Under the pieces are notes generated by a model. The model was not told the DNA's origin and ran no database searches. It worked only from the letters and a program-made list of their open reading frames with translations. Below, piece by piece: positions 57,543-64,000 of a stretch of 64,000 nucleotides of DNA. How positions within the stretch are numbered: the first letter of the stretch is position 1; the number at the start of each line of letters is the position of its first letter. This DNA is from the human T2T-CHM13v2.0 reference genome, Homo sapiens, in the NCBI RefSeq assembly GCF_009914755.1, contig NC_060939.1. The stretch is one strand, 5' to 3'. The translations under genes and the position numbers were made by a program.

Positions 57543-59384
57543 CTACTCTTACTCTTTCTAATTTTTTGTAGTATTGCCATTATCCAATGGTTTAACTCCA
57601 GAAGTTAAAGGATTAAAAACAAGTCTGGGAGTGATAAATCGGTAGTTCTCACCTAAGTTATAATTAAGGGTAATTCACATGTAGAAGATGGTTTGACAGC
57701 TCTAGCCCACGTGCTTAGACACTTGAATCCCAATGAATCATTTGAAGCCAAAGTATAACCCCGGCTGTCTTTGCACATGATGTGCAGGTGGATAGACTTT
57801 GAGACCGTCCTCTATCAACCAAGAGCAAAAAGAGAAAAGAGGAAAAAGGGCAAATATCCAGCTTCCCTGCCACACATCAGAAAGCCAGAAACAGGCGGCA
57901 AGATGCTTCCTGCTCCCAAGCACAACCAGGCTGGCCGCCCACAGCCACCCTGCACTGCTCTCGCACCTGCCCAACCTGTGCTTGTAATCGGACAGGGGGC
58001 ATCCCTGGCCTGGGTGGTCCTGCTGGCTAGGCTCTGAGTGGTCAAGTTCCTGGCAGCCTGGGTTACTGGAGAAAGCCACTTTGGGATATTAATCACAGCA
58101 AACGAATGCGCTCTCCTGGCTCATGCATGGGGCACATGCCTAATCACGGGCTGAATAATGTTAAAAGAATGTAATTTGCTTCCCCTAAAATCTCTTCTAG
58201 AACAGCTACCGCAATCGGGTTCAATCAATATTTTGATTTCCTGACCCAATTTCTCTGCACATGAAAAGTAAAAGCCAGCAATCCAGCTTCACCAGGTACC
58301 ATTGCAAAGCGAGTAAAAGAGACAAGCAGGGAGAAAGAGCTGGAGCCAGCACCAACAAGGCCGGGCAAGTCGAAGGAAGTGGCTCAGCACCCAATTGTGA
58401 GCTCTGAGAAAGCTGTTGCTGAAGGCTGGTCTGATGCCTCCGGCACTGATGCCCATCCCTGTTCTCTGCTGCAGTCGCCACTGCTGCTCCAGCCAACATC
58501 TCCGCTTGCTTCTGAGATCTCTTGCTTGCGTTCTTCCGTTTTGCCCCTCCTCTTCCCCCTCTCCTTCTTCTTTGACTTTTTTTTTTTTTTTTAACTTGGC
58601 TACGGAACATTAAGTTTGACGAAGCGAAAGCAATTCAGCATCTTTTAACTGAAGGAGGTTGATTTTCATTTGCTACCAAATGGCTCATTTTTACCTTTTT
58701 AGCTCCTGGAAGAGTAAAAAGTGAGAGGTCAGCCCTGCATCACCATGGCAACCCAGGCAGCTCGGGCCTGGAGCAGATGAAGGGAGGTGATAATGGCAGG
58801 GAAGATTGTCCCCTTACTTGGCATTTTTCTCCCCATTCAGGGATGTGCCTGGATGTATAAAAACAATCATGTCGTTTTAGGACTCTAAGTTTTAAAATTT
58901 GGCTGCGGTATTGTCTGGTCCAGGGCTGGGACCTGGTGTGGATCTGTGTGGGTTTCGGATGGTGTTTGAGCCCATCCTTGCCTTCATCAATGCCCACAGG
59001 GTCTTCAGTCCCACCAGCCACATCATGCATGTCCTACCCTGGCAAAATCTGTCCTTCCATGTAAGAATCCACCTGCTGGTGTCCAGAAAGCCAAAAATCT
59101 TAACGAAGAGAGAATCTGGCCCTTGTTGGTGGAAATCCAGTATAGCAGGCCCCAGACTCAGCACATGGCACCTCACTGGAGCCTATCTGAAAAAAGGTCT
59201 TAATGCTATTCCAGAAGAAAGAGAAATCAAAATGACAAGCATGCCGCAATGGCCATATTCAACCCTGCAGGAGAAGCCTGGGTCAGAGCAGGAAGGAATT
59301 TCCATGACCTCTCAGCTCATGGACTCAAATGTCCACCACATTCAGCCCAATGCAGTCCTTGGTAAATGGGAGAAATAAAGAACA

Positions 59385-59590
59385 TGCATTAACACCTGTG
59401 GGTACCAGGCACTGTGCTGGGTTTTGTAATATCTTATTGCCTCTGAGCCTCTCAGTAATTGTATGAGGTGGGTGGTTTAATTTTTTAATCTTTGTTTTAC
59501 AGATTACGAAGTTTAGAAGTGTTAACAGATGTGCCTAGGGTCACAGATTCTGACGTGGGCTCCGTTCGTGTTCTAACTGGGTCCTCTCTC
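59385..59590 (-). mobile_element. MIR
   Basis: 'ccaggcactgtgctggg...gtatgaggtgggt...ttttacagat...gcctagggtcacag'. Confidence 0.8.
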
Positions 59591-59789
59591 CAGGATAATT
59601 AATATTATCCCAATGTATGAATAATAACTTCGTGTCAGAAGACCAGAGTTGGTGCTTTTGCTCATTAGTTCATTCATTGAGTTGCAATACAACTATCAAT
59701 TAGCTGCTGTAATTTCAGGACAATTCAGGTGCTTGAGAGAAGTTGATAGGGAGACAGTGATGCTGTTCTCTAAGAACTGGAGCCAAATG

Positions 59790-59985
59790 GTTTGAAGCTC
59801 AGTGATGTGAACTTGGACAAGACATTCAGCAGGATTGACGTTCAACTTTCTCACCCGTGAAACGGGTGTATTAATATTTATCTCAAGAAGCATTGTGAGT
59901 GACCATAAAAGAGAGGCCCTTGTCAGGTGCCTATCAGGGTGCCTGGCTCACTGAGGAAGATGCTCAATAAATATCTGCTCTCATT
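59790..59985 (+). mobile_element. MIR
   Basis: 'tgtgaacttggacaagacatt...actttctcacccgtgaaacggg...gtgcctggctcac...gctcaataaata'. Confidence 0.75.
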
Positions 59986-61069
59986 CCCTTCACCTTCCTT
60001 GCCCTCCACCTCACTGCTGCCGTGTGGCATTCTCTTCTGTCCTAGTGTGAGGCTGGTCACCTCCCTGCCCTCAGAGCAACCATGCTCCCTTCTAAGTTGC
60101 ACGTGCCTGGCATCTAGCAGTCAGGATAGACCTTTAAAGACCCAGCTCTACTCGTAGCATTGGGGAAGGGTTGCAGAGCAGCCAGGCCCAGAGCAAAGAG
60201 AGGGAGATGCTTTGCTATTTACAGTCCTCATGGAGGCCATCTCAAAAGAGGAGATTGCCTCACTCCTTTACCCTTCTCTGTCTCTCTTTTAATAGCCCTC
60301 AGTGGTGGCTATGAGTTCTCCAGGGTAGTCTCTCTGCTTATCATTTGCGCAAGCTCAGAGGGCCTTGCACAGTTTGGAGCTCTTCTATGCTCTCCTATTC
60401 AGGGGAAGTTTCAAAGCCATTTCAGATTGAACTGGGCTTTATAAATCCCAATCAGAGCTGGCCCTGAAGGACTTGACAAGGTTGTCTCAGCTAAATGGCA
60501 ACTGCTCAATTTTCAGAAAGGAAAGGCACAAAGGATCACTAGGCAATCCTTTCTTTTTAATACAGTTTGAGTTACAGATGCAAAAAAATAATGCAAAAAT
60601 CATCAGCCTGATCTAATTCTAAGGCTATGGAAAGGGTGAGTGGCATCCATAAAATATTAATAATGTGTTGCACTGGCAACAAAACCTGTGCTGAGTTTCA
60701 GCTCAGACCATTTAGCCAAATGTTGCCTTATTATTGTAATGTTCAGAGTTGAATTCTCAGTCACAAGCACCCTAATCTGAAAGACTCTCTTCTTGACTCC
60801 ACTCCTCTCCTGCCCATCCCTGACCCCACCTCCTTCTCCTGCCCTCCTCATAGATGAAGATGTATATGGTGCGCCAGTGCTGTGAATCACACAGGAAATC
60901 AGCCCTTTTGCAGCCAAAAAACTAAGAGGAAAGATAAAACTGACACCTAAATATGATAAAAAGGAGCATATGGCATAAGATCAGGAAAAGTAAAAATTAA
61001 GAATAGTGATAGTTCACGCTCAGGTCTGGGCTTAACACTCACGTTATCAAAGATGGCTTCACTGATGTC

Positions 61070-61215
61070 TCACTGTGCCTTGGCTATCTCTTTATGACGT
61101 TGTATTGCTGTGTTTTACTTGTGTGGTTGTTGACTTACTGTTTGTCTCACCAAGATGTAAGTTTCCAGAGGGCAGGCCCTGTGTTTGTCTGGTTTTCCAT
61201 GGTATTGCTGTGGGG
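61070..61215 (+). mobile_element. L2 fragment
   Basis: 'gatgtaagtttccagagggcaggccctgtgtttgtctggttt'. Confidence 0.65.
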
Positions 61216-61579
61216 TTCCCTTAGGAAGAGATAGAAGCACGGGGGTAGGGCAAAGAGAAAATCAGTCTCCTAGGCCAAGGAGCCTTCCAGTGGAAATACC
61301 CAGAGGTGGGAAGAGTGGTGTAACCTGTGTGTCTGACAGGTAAATTAGCATGAAGGAGACTCTTGGGCTGTGGCCAGGGAAGGCACTGTGCGGTCAAATC
61401 CTGAAGTATTATGTGTGTTAGAGCCATGGGGGCGTGGCAAGCTGCCAAGATTAGACTTTAGTATTGAGACCAGAGGGATAATGTGGTGAGAGTATGTCAG
61501 TGTTTTTGAAACTGGATAAATGTATTGAGTAGAAGAATGTTTTAAGACTGAAGGATAGCTAAAACAATTTGTCACGGAA

Positions 61580-62270
61580 TATTATTCATCCATTTAGCAA
61601 ATGCTGATTGAGTGCCAGCCGTATGCCAGTCACCACTCAGGCTGCGAAGATTCACCACGAGACAGGCCCAGGCATGAGACGGAGCTTATGATCTGGAGGA
61701 GACAGACAGGCAATGAACACACAATAAGCAAATGAGCAGCAAATCAACAAACAGGCTGATCGTTTCAGAAAATGAATGAGGGAGAGCTGGACAGCTGGAG
61801 GAGATGGCAGTGACAGTCAGACTCAGGTAATGGAGAGGCTCATCAGCCACAGCAAGGGATTTGGATTTTATGCCAAATGCAATAGGAAGTGATTGGCGAG
61901 TGTTAAGCAGGGGAGGGGCAGGGTCTGATTTATAAAAACATCCTATGGCTTGTTCTATGAAGGATGGGTTTTGGAGGGCTCCAGGGCACAGAGGGAGTAA
62001 GAAGATTAGTTGGGGAATGACACAGTACATAATCCAGAGCAGAGATGATGGTGAGGTGGCAAGGCGTGGAATGCAGGACAAGTTCTAGAAGTAGAGACCA
62101 CAGGACTTATCCTTTGGGATAAAAGGAAAGAAAATAATCTTAGATAAGTCAGTTTGGTCCCAGAGCTACCAAGTGAAGAGTGGTACCAATTTATTAGATT
62201 TGGAGACTTGGGGAGAAGTATGTTTTTATGGGAAAGACTCAGGACTTCTGTTTAAATATGTTTCTCACCT
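61580..62270 (-). mobile_element. L2 3' portion
   Basis: 'ttcatccatttagcaaatgctgattgagtgcc', 'ttggattttatgccaaatgcaataggaag', 'aatccagagcagagatgatggtg'. Confidence 0.85.
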
Positions 62271-62298
62271 GGCTATGAGAAAGTATACTGACAAAGTA

Positions 62299-62466
62299 GC
62301 TGGACATGGTGATTCACACCTGTAATCCAAAACTTTGGGAGGCTGAGGTCAGGAGTTCAAGACCAACCTGGGCAACATAGCAAGATCCTATCTCTACAAA
62401 AAAAAGTAGCCAGGTGTGGTGGGGCACACATATAGTCCCAAGCTACTCAGGAGGTTGAAGCAGGAA
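62299..62466 (+). mobile_element. Old Alu (AluJ-like), 3'-truncated with an internal deletion
   Basis: 'cctgggcaacatagcaagatcc'; 'ggctgaggtcagg' junction. Confidence 0.85.
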
Positions 62467-62469
62467 AGG

Positions 62470-62660
62470 ATATTCTTGCTATACTATCAAGTAAAAATGT
62501 AGAAAACACAATTACATATACATATGTTAAGGAAGCAGGATATATATTGCTAATATATATTTTTGTGGGTGAATGTTATAGTAAATACTTTCTTCATTAT
62601 AATTTCTGTATTCTCTAAAGTTTTACAATAAACAGTATTACTTTTTTGAGCTAAAAAATA
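62470..62660 (+). mobile_element. L1ME-like 3' end fragment
   Basis: 'tttctgtattctctaaagttttacaataaacagtattacttttt'. Confidence 0.55.
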
Positions 62661-64000
62661 CTTTTAAGTCATCACAGGGAAATGTTATTTTGCTTCAATC
62701 TCACTCTTAATTGCTTTAATTCAGCTTTAGACTCTTTCCTAGGAAATTAAAACAAAAAACCCAAAACATAAAAGAATAAAATGTAAGTAGAAACATTAAG
62801 ATAGATAATAAATGAGACAACAGTAGATAACTACTCTGAAAGATACTAACATGACAGGCCCGAAGTCATCCTAGTGCTCTAGAGAAGAATGAGATTCCAG
62901 GGGCTAACAAGGGGGTAAGTTCTTAGTTTCTCATCATCATCTACACGTCTTGAGTAAGACAGAATGAAGATCTCCTGGGGCAGAACCATCTGACTGTATC
63001 CCTCTTGCAGCTATCAGCTATCGTGAGTTAAAACAGATTCTTAATGCTGATCCCAGCCTCCTTTTCAACAAGGACCCAGGAAACTATTTTCAATCCATTA
63101 TTAATGAAGTTGGGGGACCTCCATTCTTGTCAACAAGCCTTGATTTTATTCCATTTCAGATGTTGGAGTCATACTATTTAAATCATCTGAGAATTCATGT
63201 TTCCTTTGGGAGCTAATGTATACTGTTTTTACACTTCTACTCTCAGGGACTTAATTCTTTCTAACATAGCACTCTTGTTTTCCAGATGGAAATGAAAAAA
63301 CTAAAGAACAGTACTCTGCAAATGATCTAGTGTGATGATAAGAGAAAGTAAGAGAGGTCAATTTTGGCTAAATAAAACAGAATTTGATGTGTTTTTTAAA
63401 AAATGAAATAATTTTGGAGACGCTCTTGCAATTATGAAATATTATTTACTTGTTTAACAAATCCAGATGAAGAACTTTTCAAAACTCTATGGGAAGCAGC
63501 AGAGTCGAGTTGAAGGAGCTGGAAGACGGCCATTAGAATGGTCTTTATTCTTCCACCAGTTGAAGGAGGTTGGAAGATGAATCTTGCTGAACTTCAGCAT
63601 ATGGGAAACGACTTCGGGGCTACCTGAGTATTCCATCTTGTAATGTTGATAAAAGAACCAAATGAAACAGCATGCAGTGAAGAATTTTGTAAGTCCTAAG
63701 TAAGTACACAAATGTGATGTGGAATGTGATCATAGCTTTAGAAAGCATTGGCTGTTATTAGAAACCTCTATAATGCCAATAAAGAAAGTTGATAGACTTT
63801 CTGAGAATAAATCTGAGAAGTTGTTTCTTCTTTTCCTTCTCTTTTCTTATTCTTCTCTTCTTCACTCTTTCTTATCTTAATTTCCAATTTAAATCATGGG
63901 ATAAATTATAATTGTTACATATCAATAAAGCATTTTTAGGCTGATGAGTAACAAATGTTTAACTCTAAATCTAGGTTGGACAAACCAATGATCTTCAAAT

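Noticed and set aside
63487-63711. 74-aa minus-strand ORF ending 'RLCCFP' as a possible last coding exon
   Set aside because: I do not recognise the peptide, the minus-strand acceptor is weak, and splice signals fit the + strand better; a BLASTP/PhyloCSF check would settle it

Overview
Primate (most likely human) non-coding genomic DNA, intergenic or deep-intronic. I find no credible protein-coding exon, tRNA, rRNA or CRISPR array; the listed ORFs are short and mostly explained by Alu, L1, L2, LTR or low-complexity sequence. A large share of the window is interspersed repeat: 17 Alu-derived copies, old L1M and L2 LINEs, MIRs, MaLR and ERVL LTRs, hAT and Tigger DNA transposons, and microsatellites. 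The most distinctive items are: a complete HERV-W (LTR17) solo LTR with a 4-bp TSD and an altered poly(A) signal (34783-35529); a BC200 (BCYRN1) retrocopy with a perfect 15-bp TSD 340 bp downstream (35870-36012); a fold-back/duplication/templated-insertion scar (25276-25399); an ultra-short young L1PA insertion (42738-42794); a cluster of decayed ZNF143/THAP11-like motifs (11870-11973); and repeat-poor, regulatory-looking stretches at about 53.3-59.4 kb. I cannot support a claim of a new biological system; the best speculative candidate is an LTR17-driven read-through or spliced ncRNA next to the BC200 copy. Repeat families were assigned by eye from remembered consensus motifs, and boundaries of old repeats are approximate.
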